Assembly (NCBI RefSeq): GCF_964194025.1
Contig: NC_134479.1
Span: 16,988,001 to 17,052,000 of the forward strand
DNA: 64,000 nucleotides
Source of the DNA: Convolutriloba macropyga
Taxonomy: Eukaryota
Direction of reading: 5' to 3'
Both the position numbers and the translations under genes were made by a program. Of the stretch, positions 10,500 through 23,982 are shown one piece after another. The notes beneath the pieces were generated by a model. It saw only the letters and a program-made list of their open reading frames with translations, had not been told where the DNA came from and did no database searches. Within the stretch, counting starts at the first letter, position 1; every line of letters starts with the position of its first letter.

Positions 10500-11897
10500 T
10501 TTATAGTCAAAACGTTCTGTCGATTGGTATGGATCGACACAATTTCTCTGTTGCAATTGCGCAATTAGGAGGACAGAAAGAAATCGCTGATAATATCAAA
10601 TTTTGTTCGTTGTGATGGCATCTAAGTTCTCATCAGTTGACTAGAATGGATTAAAAGTAAAACGAGATCCATATATGTACTTGCAGTACTTGATAGACAA
10701 CCTGCGCCAATGTGATTGTTATCATTCTTTTCTTTGGTTTAAGGGTTTTTCCGTACGCTCTGTTATTCGTTAATTCAAACAACATTTTTTGAGTGTGTTC
10801 CAATAGGAGTGTCTCTTTGGTGTTCATTGTGATATACCGCTCCAGCCAACTCTCTTGCAGAAACTGAATGAGACAATGTGATGCACGTTTTCGGATATCA
10901 AACCAAGTAGAACGTAAATCTAAGGGTTCTGAGGTTGAAGCGTATGGACTGTTTTGTCTGAGACTGTTTGTAGCAACATAGGGACAATTGACAACGACAG
11001 CACGACAATCAGCTCCATTTCATCTGGTAGCCACTCATCATGTATCATTTTTTTGGTGCTAGGGAAAAATCACAATTGGGGTCTCGTATGTCTTGTGGAT
11101 ACATTAGGTCGACTTCAAGGATCTATTATAAGGAAAAATCAGATGACGTATTGAGTTCCTGCTCGACTGACATGCATCTCAATATGTATTCATCTACTAT
11201 CTATTTAGATGCTTTGGTCACATGATGCCACCATGCAGGTTGGTCGATCACCATGCATCGAAAACAAAAACAAAAATACACTTAGCGTACTACATTATAT
11301 CTCCACGCTCCCTGGTTGTCAACAATTGAAAATTAGGCCGGGAGTTTTTGAAATTATCGTCACCAGCAATGTTTGATTCGCTGTAGTGTTATGCACGTCT
11401 TTCATGCATAAACGCTTCCAAAGTGCTTCAAAAATGCACACCATTGAAAGGGTGTCAAAATTCAAAATCGAGTTATTGTAGTCTTTAAAACTACGACAGT
11501 TATTTTTTCTTCAAAACAGTTCTTGCTTTTTGTAATTCTTATTCCGGAATCTGCAATTTTCCGTTCTCTAGTTTGCTTTTCCAGCATTCAATTGAAGACT
11601 TGTTCTGCTGCGAACTTCGATTTTCCTTTCATGTATGAAAATGAATAGATTCTTTCTCCTTTGTTTGAAGCTAGTTCATGACTTGCATTTTCGAAGATAG
11701 CATCGAAAAACGGGGAAGCTTAATTAGGGAGGGTGGCAACTAACTTTTCCGGCAATGTATTTCGAAACTTGAATGAGAGGAAAAAGTGCAAATACTCATA
11801 AATTGATTTGAGTTGTCCTTCTCTTGTCCTGACTTTCTCAACAGGGACGCTAAGTGTCATCGATATACACTTCTTGTCTGTTGGGGGGATGACGATG
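10500..11897 (-). pseudogene. pPolB remnant (duplicate of 6100-7691)
   Basis: Same motifs as the unit-1 copy, with an extra internal deletion near 10585. Confidence 0.7.
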
Positions 11898-14149
11898 AGC
11901 AGTACGGTAACCTAACATATGCTTGTGGGAGGGGGGGGGGGGTTGGGCCTCATTCCCTACAAAAATTTCAGGGACCGCAAAACTGATTTTCCGCCAAAAA
12001 TTTTTTTGTTTCGATCAAACCTTCTAGCATCGTACACCTATTTTCCAGCCGAAATAGTTATTCTTATGGCAAACTACGAACACTTAATTGTTACTTTTTC
12101 CGTGGATATTCATTTTTGGGAAAGTTTTAGAACATTTTTGTTTCCTAATGCGCGCAAGAGGAAAATTCGTTTTGAAATTTTTGCATTTAGGAAATGCGGA
12201 ATTGTTAAAACTTGTTAGCTATTGTTTACGGCGGGGATTTTATGCGAAATAAATCAAAGCGGAGCTACATCTTGGAAAACAAATCACAGACTACAAAAAT
12301 AATTGAGCATGCTGTGTTTTATGGATTTTGAAATTAATATGCTTCACAGTTGCAGAAGTGGTTCAATTAAGATTTAAATAAACTATGCCGGCGAAAGCTG
12401 TTTGGAAATTCATTTTTGTAGAAGGACACAAATCTCTGTTTAAGAATCAAAAATTTTGTGAGTTAAATTACGAAAAAAAACTGCCTTCTGCGCCCCTGTC
12501 AAATAATTAACGTGCAAACCCTAACTTGGGCTCTAGAAAGAGAATTTTAACCTTTTATTCTCAACCAAAACACTCTCACAAAATAACTTTGTAAAATCTG
12601 AAAGCTTTCTGACAACAATGACACAGTTCAAAATTAGGAGCTCTAACTTGATTTTTAAAATTGATAAGGAAAATTTAGAGCCACCTAACAGAAAATCACA
12701 AGAACCGTCATATATGAAACTGTACTAGATATAAATAATCATTTATTTTCATTTCTCATTCATCAAAGGACGTCAACCACAAAAATTGTCTCCAAATTTG
12801 ACACTTATAAGTTTACCAGACCGTTGTTAGCGGTAAAATCTTTTATCGACTTTGTCCAATTTGTAAAAAAGTTTTACTTTGAATGAACAGGTTTGAAGAC
12901 TACATTAAATATATTTGTCCAAGTTAGGTGGGCGGGTAATTTAAAAGGAAGACTGGACAATTCATCTGAAATAATTCCCCTTTCTGTATTTAGATCAAAA
13001 ACTATTTCCTATTTCGAAATTTCTACAATTTATTTGAAGATTTTTGGTATATAGGACTACGGATTATGGAGGGCAGTGTTTAAATGGCGTTAGCAGAATG
13101 TCTGTTAGCTGAAAATTTTTTTTCGTTGAAAGCATTGAGATAAAAATGATTTCTTTCTCAACATTTGTAGTGTAATAATGTCTCTCTTTAGTTCATTTCT
13201 TTTTCTTTCCAATTTAGTTCGAATTCAAATCTTTTTGTTCATAACCTCATTGCATTCCAATGTAATGGGTTTGTGGTAGATTCCATCCAAGTATCACCGT
13301 TTACTGCGATGAAAATCAAAAATCTTCATGGCATAGACATTTGCCTTCTCAAAGCAAATGGCGATGTCTATGTCGTAGATAGGGGAGGAGGAGCACTTGA
13401 ACATCATTAACAAATTGATTGATGTCAAATCTGTCCACATGCAGGATGATGACAGACTAGAATAGATGATATTCCAACTCATGGTCCCAGTATTTACCAA
13501 AAACTGGGAATTAATCCCCTGATATATATAGTGGTTCTACTATTTTCAGGTAAGGCTGATTTAAACCTTTTTCTTTCCAAAAAAAATCTTCAAATTAAAA
13601 ACGAACAAAGTGGAAGTTAAGTCCTTTAAAAAATGATAGGCAATCCATTTTAAATCTCTATTGTTTGTCAGAATTATCTCTATAAGCACGCGTGCCTTTT
13701 TTGAACAGTGGGTAATACTTTCTGTCTTGCAAAAAAAATTCTTTTGCAACTCGAGAAAATGATAATAATAATAAGATCTCACCGCTGTTTGTTTCTTAGC
13801 CCGTTCTTTGATTGATAGCCTTCCTTCTTCTGACTTTTCCAACGAACATCCCTCAGTACTGGTTGATGTTCGACGTGTTTTCCCGCTTGAATCAATTTGA
13901 AAACGTTGGGAGTAATTTTATTTGTTTCATCTTCATCAAATTTTGGATAAAACTCAAGAACATCACTCTGTTTTACATTTGTTTTTGAGGGATGATGGGA
14001 ATCAAGATCAAGGCTTTCTCTCTTTCTGGTAGTTCAAAAACACTATAAGTTTCAGCGGTTTCATCTCCCCAGTCAACTTCTTCTTAAAAATTTTTGTTGA
14101 ATAACTTGTCCCTCAGACTGTCATGTCCAACAGGTATTGTTGTTTTACG

Positions 14150-16600
14150 GTCAGTGTTGATGTAACCTTTATGCCCGTACGCACTTAGGGCGATCTTGTT
14201 GAGGCAGTCAGATTAAAATTGATGCTTATCCGAGCTAAACTGTATTATTATAGCTCTCAAGAGGTTATTTTTCTGCAAAGTTTTTAAACAGTTCGTGTGT
14301 TATTTTAGCTTGAGTATACTTCTTGGTTGTGTTAACACAAATTGATAAATGGCCGTGCAATTATTGATTATAATTTAGGTTTTAAAGCGCCAAACTCTTC
14401 AATTGTTGCTCCTAAAAGTTTTCTTCAAACTTGGGGTCGGTTTAACCATTGAAGCGATCATCTAGCTGATCATGTTCTCTAAAAATTGAAAGATTAAAAT
14501 GGCTTCTCTAGGTTAAATTTATGTCTCAATTTTTATTAAATTTGGTACGATCCATTTTGTAGAAACGCTGTGTCCGAATACAAAATTTGATACTCTGTTG
14601 CCTTCTTTGTAATAATATAGCGAAAGCGTGACATAAACAGGTTTGACGTTTCTAATATGCTAGCTCATACTGTGGTTGGCTTTGTCCTCTATGAACAAGA
14701 ATTGGCTGTTTCCTCCTTCTAATCAGTGAAAGTCCCTTTTCCAAAATTTTGATGAAAGAATTGATACCATACGAAATGGCATTGGGTAGTTCAACCTCAT
14801 TCTTGGCAAAAAAGTTACTCTATTTCTTAGGCTTTTCCGACTGTTGAGTTGGACATTAGTTTATATAGGGCCTGATTCATTTTAAACACTGCTTTCTGAC
14901 GTCTGTTAGTGTTCAGGTTAACGATGTTTGAGAGTCATTTCGATAAACACATTTTGACTGCACGGTGCAATTTGTGGAATTTCATTCCAATGGATACAAA
15001 AAATTCAGGTTCCAGTAATGAGTAACATACTTTCTTGAGTGATATGCATGTCTCACTTTTTTTAATTTGCAGTGTGAAATCTTTAGAGGAAATTTAGTTC
15101 AGATTGATATTCGCTCAACTGTACAAGATCCAGAGGTTCTTTATTCGATATTAGAGGAAAGTCACTGTGTTTGCCATATAGTTGATCCAGGTAATCAAGG
15201 TCTGCTCTTACAAAATGTCCAGTATCTCCCTCATCATTATTGTTCAACATTTCTTCTAGGCCGATCTGCGCCTCAATTTCGAAGCTCTTGAGAGCGAGAG
15301 GAAAGAGTAGCATGACTCCACCGTAAAGGTTGTTGGCATCAATCTACAAGATAGACGATGATTCTTTTGTTTCATCAAAACTGTTTGGTGTAGAAGTTGT
15401 GGAAGTTTCTGAACAAAAAGTGTACTGTTTCCAAACCATCTCGGATCAATCTATCCGTCAAATCTAAGATGTTACGATTTGTCAACAATTCAAGATAAGG
15501 CTTAAAAACTTTGAGAAAAGCTTTTCCTGACAAATTCAAACCGGTTTAGAACTGAACACAATCGAGTCTGTAAGTCTCATTACAAATTGCTCTTCAATCG
15601 TCAAATCAGAAAGCGAATTGAAAGCCATCTCCTGTTAAGTAAAGCTCGAGAATTTTTTCGAGATATGCACAGCTGAACACTCTAAACAGTTCCTGGAACT
15701 CTTCAATTTGTTCCAGCATGATGTACATAATGATATATATTTGAGACCGTTTTTCTGATTCTGTATATTAGGGAGTGATGTTTCAGAAAGGTTTTGGAAC
15801 AAATCAGTGAAAGAGTACGCAAAACGTCCTTTCCTTTTCAACATTCTTTTTTGATCGGCTGAGGTTCCTCTATAGAAGTTGTCTAATATAGTATATTTGT
15901 TGTTTGGATAAAGTTTAAAACAACTTATCTGAGCTGCTAAGCATAAAAAGCAAGCCGTCTATGAAACTCAAGTACTCTTAAACAGCAATTTTATTTCTTT
16001 TACGTTTTTTTTGCTTCAACATTGACACCAAAGTTCATGGCGATAAGTTTTCGTCAGAGGTTGGAATGACGTCAATTTGTATAATTTTGGAAGCTGAGTA
16101 AAATGATTTGACGATATGCATGTCATCGCTCATCACATCATGCGCAAAACAATTGATGCAAATCTTAATGTTCTACGCTTCAGGTAACAGCCACAACGTA
16201 CAAATATTCAGCGAAACATCCAGTAAAATTGCAATGATCTCTAACTATAATTGTTTACTAGCTCTGTATTACAAATACAGAAACAATTATGGGCTTTTTT
16301 AGAGGTTGCTACTCTGGTAAATTTACAGAATCTACTCTAGTTGAAGAAAAAGTGTACTAGTTCTTCTAATTTCCCTGCGGTCAGGTCCTCTATTTAAGTA
16401 ATTGTATTGATGTCATAGTTTTCTGCTCAATTTCCATAGTGCAGTAACTACAGGTTGCGTGAGGTTCGATAACGCAAATATTGGCAAACTTTTGGTCTGC
16501 TCTTGGCATTGCCAACAGGTACACATAGCAATTCCTGATCAAGTTACACTACAAATGGTGAGAACGATCTTTCAACGTAATTGTCCAACGCTATTTCTTT
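14150..16600 (-). pseudogene. Protein-primed family B DNA polymerase remnant
   Basis: LKRKGRFAYSF (exo region), IDANNLYGGVM (motif A, ~15310-15345), LYKLMSNSTVGK (motif B, ~14835-14870), ILYSDT (motif C, ~14570-14590), EEFGALKPK, and NKIALSAY/GH at the C-terminus. Confidence 0.88.
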
Positions 16601-16699
16601 TTTCTCGGGATCGAGCAAAATTGTTGTTATTTGTACTGATTCACTATTTTAACAAATTTTCTGATGATTATTAAACGATTCCTCAAATAAGCTAACACG

Positions 16700-17900
16700 A
16701 CAAAAAGTTCGGCAAAGAAAACCTTTAGAGGTTTGTCATTAAGAAAACAGAAGTTCTGTACTCGATTTTTAGAGGAAAGTGACTGTTTTTATCAAGTGTT
16801 TAATCCAGGTACTCACGGTTTGTTTCTACTATACACCCTACATCACCCTCATCATCAGTGTATCTTCTAGGCCAATTTCCTCCACATTTGCCAGACCCTT
16901 GAGAGGGAGAAAATAATATAACATCACTCCACCGCAAAGATTGTCAGCATCAACGTATAGTATGGACGTCAATTCTTTTTTTTTCACCCAAAAACACTGA
17001 GAAGTGAACAGTTAGAAACTTCTGAGCGAGAACTAAACACCGATGCCAATTGATCTTGGATCAACCGTTACGTCAAATCTAAATTGTTACGATTTGTCAA
17101 CGGTTCACGATGAGGTTTACCAAATTTGACAAAAGTGACTCCCGACAAGTTCAAGAGGCATAATAAAACTGAAAACATACCAGCCCGTAAATCTCATATG
17201 AAACTGCTCCAAATTCTTCAAACCAGCAATATAATTGAAGGACACCTGCTGTTCAGAAGAGCTTAACAAACTCTCTGATACTTGCATAGTTGAAATCTAT
17301 AAAAAGTTTTCGGAGTTCTCTAAGTTGTTCCAGCATGATAACAACATCATTATTTTTTAGACCTTTTCTTCTATTTCTTGATATCAAATGGGAATTTTTC
17401 AGAAACTATTTGAACGAATCAGCGTATGAGTTTTCAAAACTTTTCGTTGATTGGCTGAGTATTCATTGTAGAAGTTGTCTAATATGGTAAATCTGTTGTT
17501 AGTTAAAGTTTGGATTAGCTTATCAAAGCTGCTAGGCATAAAGTGAAAGAAAGCTGTCTATGAATCTCAACTACTCAGAGACAGCAAATTCATCTCTTTT
17601 GTTTTTTTTTTCGTTTCATTGTAGACCTCCAATTTCAAGGCGAGAAATTATTTGTTAATGTTTGGAATAACGTAAATTGTTGTAAACTGGGAAGCTGAGT
17701 AAAGTGCTCAAGCGGTATGATGCAAGTCATTTTTCATCACATCTTCTGCAACGATTGGTGTAAAATTTTTTGTTAGTTTTTGTAAAATGGGAACCTGAGT
17801 AAAGTGATTTGACGATATATTAAATTTCGTAGGTCATCGCATTTTCCTCGACGATTGGTGTAAATTTTATTGCTCTACTCACGGTGTGCATATCCAACGA
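16700..17900 (-). pseudogene. Further pPolB remnant (exo to motif A region)
   Basis: SILYVDADNLCGGVM...GCIVETNREYLD...SHFPL; diverged paralog of 15100-16150. Confidence 0.75.
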
Positions 17901-19723
17901 AACATTCTGTAAAAAGACAATGATCTATAATTTTTTTGTCGCTGGCCATTTCAGTAAAACAAATACAGCATGAGTTATAAAATTCTTTATTCAGTATCAC
18001 TCCAGTGTGATGAGGGAATTCACGTTTCATATTGTACAAAAAGCGTGCCTTTCCACTCGTGACAAAAAAGTTTTTACGTTAATTTGAGAAGTCAAATTTA
18101 CACATTTTTTTCCCTAATGATAACTTTTAACCGTTCTAAATATTTGATTTTGTTCCACAGCTAAAAGGACTACCGAAAATCAATTTCAAATTTCTTGGTT
18201 TCCACAGTTACAAGGACTACCAAAAATCAATTCAAATTCCGAAGTAAAGATATTTACTTCGACTTCGTCCATTTCCTCGAAATTTGAGATTCCCATAAGG
18301 CTCTTCGTAGTATCAAAGTCACCCGTACGTTGTTTTTGCTATTGGGTTATTGTTGGTGAACTTAATAACATTTTATTGAAGTTCTGGAAGATTACCAGTG
18401 TTTCTTTTTTGTAACCCAGATGCTATGCTGCAGTATAACAGTAACAAAACAATTATCATCTTTTCTGCTGTGAATGTTTAGCAGGTTTGAAATTCCTTTA
18501 AAAAAATGACCTTTTCGAAAAAGTTTGCAACTACTGCCACGAACATGTGCAAGTAGTTGCAGCTTCGGGCTAACATCTCGATAAATAGTATCCGCCAGCC
18601 GCTTCCATGGCTGGAAGACTGTGACCAGTATTTTTACAATGCTACCAAGGAGTTATGTAAACGTTACTTTTTGAAGTCTAGTGTGGTAAATTGATATATT
18701 GTTGGTATTGAATTGAACGGTAGTTCTCTCGATTACTTCTGTTCAAGATTTTTTGAAGACTTAATTTGACTGTTAGCTGTAGTTTTTGTGGATATTGGTT
18801 TGTGTGCTTCCTGGCTATGAATAACACTTTTTTCCGTTTCGCGAAAAGCTACTCCATGACATCCAAACTATTAGAATCAGGAATGTTTCGTAACTGTGGA
18901 TTCCACCGTTGATTGATGTAACTGTTGGGTGCAGAGGAATAAAGTCTTTGGGGTCCTTGACAAAAATAGGTAGACCAGTTTCAATATTGTAGTGGTCTGC
19001 ATCTTGAGGTATCAATTGAAAGCTGATGTTTATGAATAATTGGTTTTAACCATTGGTTTCTGAGGATTAGTAATCAAATGATTGCGTAACAACAGTAGGC
19101 TTTTTTCCTCTGCCGTACATTGTAAAGGAACTGAAACGCATCAGAAACAATGTTTGTTTCATTTTCAAAATTTTTAGCGCTCGTCTATGGATAAGCTGTG
19201 AAGAACACTGATAAGAGTAAAGAAACTGCAATAAAAAATAAACAATTCTAATATGAATTGAAGATTGAAACAAAATGCGGAGTTTCAAGCAAAGAAAAAC
19301 TGTAGAAAAAATGGTGTCTGATTGGAAATAAAATTAAGCACAATGAAGACTATCGAAGTGTGAAATTTGAAATTCAGTGACAATTTGAAAGTCAAAAAAA
19401 CGTTTTCCCAATCACTGATTGAAAATGTTTCCATGATAATTTTGTTCAAGTTTAAACCGACTTGAACTTTGAAATGCGAGTGAGTGCGAATGATTTTGTA
19501 TTAAAATTTTATCTTTTACACATTTACATCTTAAAGATGTTTATTTTGTCAGTAGGCATTGGCACCGGAAACCCTCCAATGGCCTGAAAGATGAAAGAGT
19601 AAGAGCGGACATAAGTTAAGTGATTTTTTACTGTAAGTTGAACGAGGTGTCCGACTTTTCCATGCAAAAAAAAATTCAGAAAAAAAATTCGGTGGTTGAA
19701 ACGCCTGATGTTGATAAACATTT

Positions 19724-19842
19724 TGGTCTTTCCCATTATTGCCCCCCCCTCCCCCAGCTTAGTGGTGAGATAACCTATAGCCCCCCCAATCATGGTAATT
19801 ATACCATAATGGGGGGGGGGAGGGCTATAATGGGAAAGACCC
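19724..19842. mobile_element. 119-bp MITE
   Basis: TIRs GGTCTTTCCCATTAT.GCCC.CCCC / GGGGAGGGCTATAATGGGAAAGACC, flanked by direct repeat AAACATTT (19716-19723, 19843-19850). Confidence 0.75.
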
Positions 19843-21858
19843 AAACATTTTAGGCAGCTAAGTTTGATTGGAAGCGCGCTGTACAAATACCCTCAAAAAC
19901 GTTGAGTTTATACCAACGAATGTAGTATTTCTACATCTCCAAGAATCCAATTCAATTATTTCCACTAGTGGTATACATCGACACTTGGTGTACAGATTGT
20001 GCATGCAATAAAGAACTGTTCTGAAAAGAGTTCTTGCGTATGCACTGTTTCCTTTTAAGTAATTTTGAAACCATGACTCCATATAGTTAGAGTAAAAACA
20101 ATCTTGAAGTGGTGACGAAAACTGCTACTGCTGTTGAAAACATGGGTATAGTAGGCAGACTGATGCAGATTTTCTTTTTAAGAGGCTTTGGTTTTGATCT
20201 GTTTACCATGTTTTGTATTATTGAAATTTTTTTTCGATCAAATTTTTTAGGCTGAAGCTCATTTGTTTCTCATCAGATTTGTGTTCTTGAAATGTTTTTG
20301 CTTGGTTTCTTGTAATTAGGGCTTCTAACAAACGTATAAATTCATAAGCTGACAAGCTTTGAGCAATTGCTGGGCCGGAGGTTTCTGTTTTGCATTATAT
20401 GTTGCAGGTTCGATGACCGCAGACAAAAAAATATTGGCTGTAAATTAGCAGTGGTCGGTCGCCAACCTCCAATTATTTGCGAATATCCAGCAGTTGCGAG
20501 TTAAAACGAGTTCTGTAAAATATTCACAAACCGGTCATGTTCTGGTACACATAAAAAATAGTTGCGACTTATTCTGCACCAATTGTCAGTACTTGCAATT
20601 TTCAAAAATGTAACAGGTCAGTAAATAGTAAAAGTTATTGGTCAGCATCAGTCATTAGTTTGAAATGCGAAAGCATACAGATGTCGATTTTGTACTAAAG
20701 TTTAATCTTTTTTACTTCTTTCGAAGATGTTTGATTTTTCGGTAGTCATCGGCATCGAGAATTCACCTGTGGCCTGAAAGGCCAAAATATTCAAATAAAA
20801 TTAATTATTAGAAAATGTTTGCTTGAATTTTTAATTCTAAGTTCTTATTTTGTAAAAAAAAAATGAACACCATTGCGAAGTCTGAGATAATTTGGTCTGA
20901 CTATAGTGCTTACGATATACATAAGATACAGAATCTTCTTGCAGTGTACAGCAAACATCACTGCGATTGAATGTTAGCAAATATACCTTACAGCTTATCT
21001 CTTGCATTGTGCCAGATATTGCTCATTCCCGTTATAGTCACCAAACATTTTGGGACTCGAGCGTCTAGCGTCCAATACTAAATGTACAACAGTGACAATA
21101 ATGTAGACAATTACTATTGTATTTTAAATGAAATAGCTGTCGAATGAAGTTTAAAGCATTTATTGTAGTCCTGAGTGCCTTTTTAAAACCAATTTGAGTT
21201 TTAGGTCGAATGCTGAGCGAATTTTTTGCCCAGTGACTTTTCTGAGTTTGGGGTTATCTAAAATGCTCTCTTTCGATTTGAACTATGAGGTGCTATATAA
21301 CAAGCTCTACTAAAACAACAATTTGAAGCCCCTCCCTCCCCCCCCCCCCCCCAAAAAAAACATCAAAAAATAATCAAGCAGCCGCTGGTCATTCGAGAGC
21401 AATTTGTCCGACGTTATTTGCTATTTTGTTTACACGATGGCATTGAATTAAAGTGTACGGGATTGAAGCTGTAAGAAATGACGAAGGAAAATTCAACGAT
21501 TGCTATTGTGCTGAGATTATTCTACTCTTTGCATTATGCTGTACATTTTATCGTCGTTTACAAATCACGTGCTTTTAAATTATACACACACCTGCTAATA
21601 TTGTTCTATGTACCTTTAATGTACGTGCTTTTCTTAACGCTAGCTTCTATTTGATTTGTAGAGATTCAGTTAAAGTTTGCTTCTAAAAAATTGTTTTCAC
21701 ATTATCATTTAAAAAAATGATGTATTGCACAGTTTGGTAATTATCTGTGCGCAATTGATGTGGCTTATCTGGACAGAGTTACCTCAAAATCTTCAATTAA
21801 AACTTTTCTTCGGTCATAATTCATATTTAAGCTTATAATCGTATCATATTTTTTGAAT

Positions 21859-22506
21859 ATGTCTCTAGCTACTGCAGCTGTCGAAAATCTTGGATTGCGT
21901 CAATTTTCCTCGAAAACAACCAATGAGAGCGTTGAAGCTCACTGTTTTTTGATAAATTTTCACCGATTATTAAAGTCAAGTAAAGAATTTGCCGTTGATT
22001 TGCAAATCAAAAACAAAGAAATCTTACACGCAGTTGTTGCGCTTTACAATTCATGCTTACCAAATATTGAACCCGATGTTTTATATTCCACAGTTTGTGG
22101 GAAAAACTCGTGGACTTTGGTTGTTTTACTATCACCAGAAACAGCTTTGGAAAAGTTATGTACTGACAAAAAATGCGAACCTGATTTGGACATTTTAGAA
22201 CCTAGCTATGGAGTATTACGTAATGTCACGGCGCAAAATTATGTAACAGACAATGCTTTACATAACACAGATGATGGAATTGGGATAAACGAAGATATAC
22301 CCTTGCATGGATTTTTGAAAGTCGTGCAAAAAACCTACACGGAACTAGAGGAAGAAAAGGCACAGGAGATATGTCCTAATTGTCGTCCGAGTAAGTTTGC
22401 TGGTGTTTATTCAGACGAGGAAGATGGGGCTGAAAGCAGTTCAGAGGACGAGTCAAGCGACGAGGAAGAAGACTTCTCGGAAGGGGCTGATGAATTCATA
22501 GCAGAG
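21859..22506 (+). CDS. GCN5-like GNAT acetyltransferase, coding exon 1 of 2 (423-aa model)
   Basis: ATG at 21859; donor GAG|GTGAGA, phase 0. VALYNSCLPNIEPDVLYSTVCGKNSWTLVVL matches the GCN5/PCAF alpha1-alpha2-beta start, followed by an acidic tract. Confidence 0.8.
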
Positions 22507-23261
22507 GTGAGATTATATTTAAAAAGCTAACTCGGTTTTTTAAAATCTTTGCAAAAATTAACGTGCCTGCCAACGCCTAAATTGGGGTGCATAAACGGCG
22601 CTAAAGCGGAGAACAGGATAAATTGACAATTTTTCCCCGAACGTGTTTCTAATGTCTGTAATTAAATTCTTAATCTTTCTTAGTTTTTAGAAATATTTTT
22701 CGGTTGTTTGAAATAAATAAAAATAAAGATAACTTGAAAGATAAACTCGGTTCGTGGTCGCAAGTCTGCTGGGCGTCTTGTTTCCTTATAATAAATTGTT
22801 TACGGATTACGCATAATAAAAAAGGGCATTTACATAATTTATTTTCAAATGTCACATGCGCTCCGAAAGGACACCATTGACCCCTATGGATCGTTTTCAG
22901 GCGCCTTTGTGAGGAAGAGAAACAAAGAGTTTGTTGGGTGAATGCAGGGAAAAGGACTTACTATGTGTCTTTAAAAACTTCAAATAAAACCAAAGCATAA
23001 TTCTTGGAGTTAAACGGCAGTATACAGCTTACTAATATCGATGGCCCCAATCAGCTAAAAATAGTTTTTTATGTCTAAGGAACCAATAACATAGTTTTTG
23101 AGGACATTTTTAGCAAAATTATTAGCTTTTATTTTCTTTAATTTATCTTGGACTTTTGAAAAAAGTAGGGTCCAACCCTAGCAAGCAGTTGCATAGTTTT
23201 CTCAACCTTACTGTGATTGAGCAGTTACTTAGTTTAGGGTAACTAACTTTAAGTTGTTTTT

Positions 23262-23982
23262 TTAATAGCCGCCTCATCTTCTCAGCCGGCTATTATAGCG
23301 CTCCTATTACAATTCAAAGAATTTGAATTGTATTGGGGCGCTGTCTTTTTTTTTAAGATCTGTTCACACATTTTCATGATTTTTGAAGTCAAATTGGAGT
23401 AGTGATTTTGGTCACGCCGAAACAGGAAATGGAGCGAAAAAGCGAGTGGTTTTGCGGCGTGAAATTTTTTCGCTCTAATTTTAAAGTAGAGTGAGAATAT
23501 GGTGTTTGAACAAAAATTCGCTTTATCGGTAGTGATTTTTTGTTCACATGCGGCAATTTCACTTTGATTTTTACTGTTTTTTCGATTTTTTGGATAGGAT
23601 TTTTTCTAAATGATTTTTCCAATCCATTCATAGTCCGTTCTAGGTCTAGTTTTCTGTTTAGTCAAAGAAAATTCTTTGAATTGTACGTCAGGACTTGTCC
23701 TGCTATGTTTTTTTTTACTTCGTCGAATAAAAAATTCTTTCGCTTTACCTCATTTTGCCGCCTTTTCAACATTTTGCGTGATATCTTTTTGACTTCTCTA
23801 GACTAGTTTCTCTCTTCTCTCATTCTGCTAAAAGTGATTTTGAACATCAGTTGCTCAGCAAAGCAATTCAAAATGTACAGAGTCAGTATAAAAAAATGAA
23901 GTCAGAAGTAGAAACGGGATAAACCCATAAAGCCCAATTTTAGATGCCCGCTATTTGAACGTCGTTCCTACAAGTCTTAGTT
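23262..23982 (+). mobile_element. Helentron/DINE-1-like non-autonomous element, family 1
   Basis: 5' AATAGCCGCCTCATCT with local inverted copy CGGCTATT; hairpin TACAATTCAAA-GAA-TTTGAATTGTA; 3' AGATGCCCGCTATT followed by stem-loop GAACG-T-CGTTC; sits in a T-run. Confidence 0.6.

Larger units (their letters stand above)
7907..12122. repeat. Tandem segmental duplication, unit 2 (~4.2 kb)
   Basis: Second copy of 3499-7906, including the Maverick terminus ending at 9048 and the AGCAGTACGG terminus at 11898. Confidence 0.92.
11898..17900. mobile_element. Maverick element C and adjacent highly decayed Maverick DNA (right boundary uncertain)
   Basis: Begins with an AG(C)AGTA + poly-G terminus and contains two pPolB remnants; the matching other end was not found. 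Confidence 0.5.

Noticed and set aside
21330-21430. Short similarity to 38860-38920 (GAGAGCAATT..CCGACGTTA)
   Set aside because: Probably a dispersed repeat fragment; too short to classify, and no tRNA A/B boxes seen.
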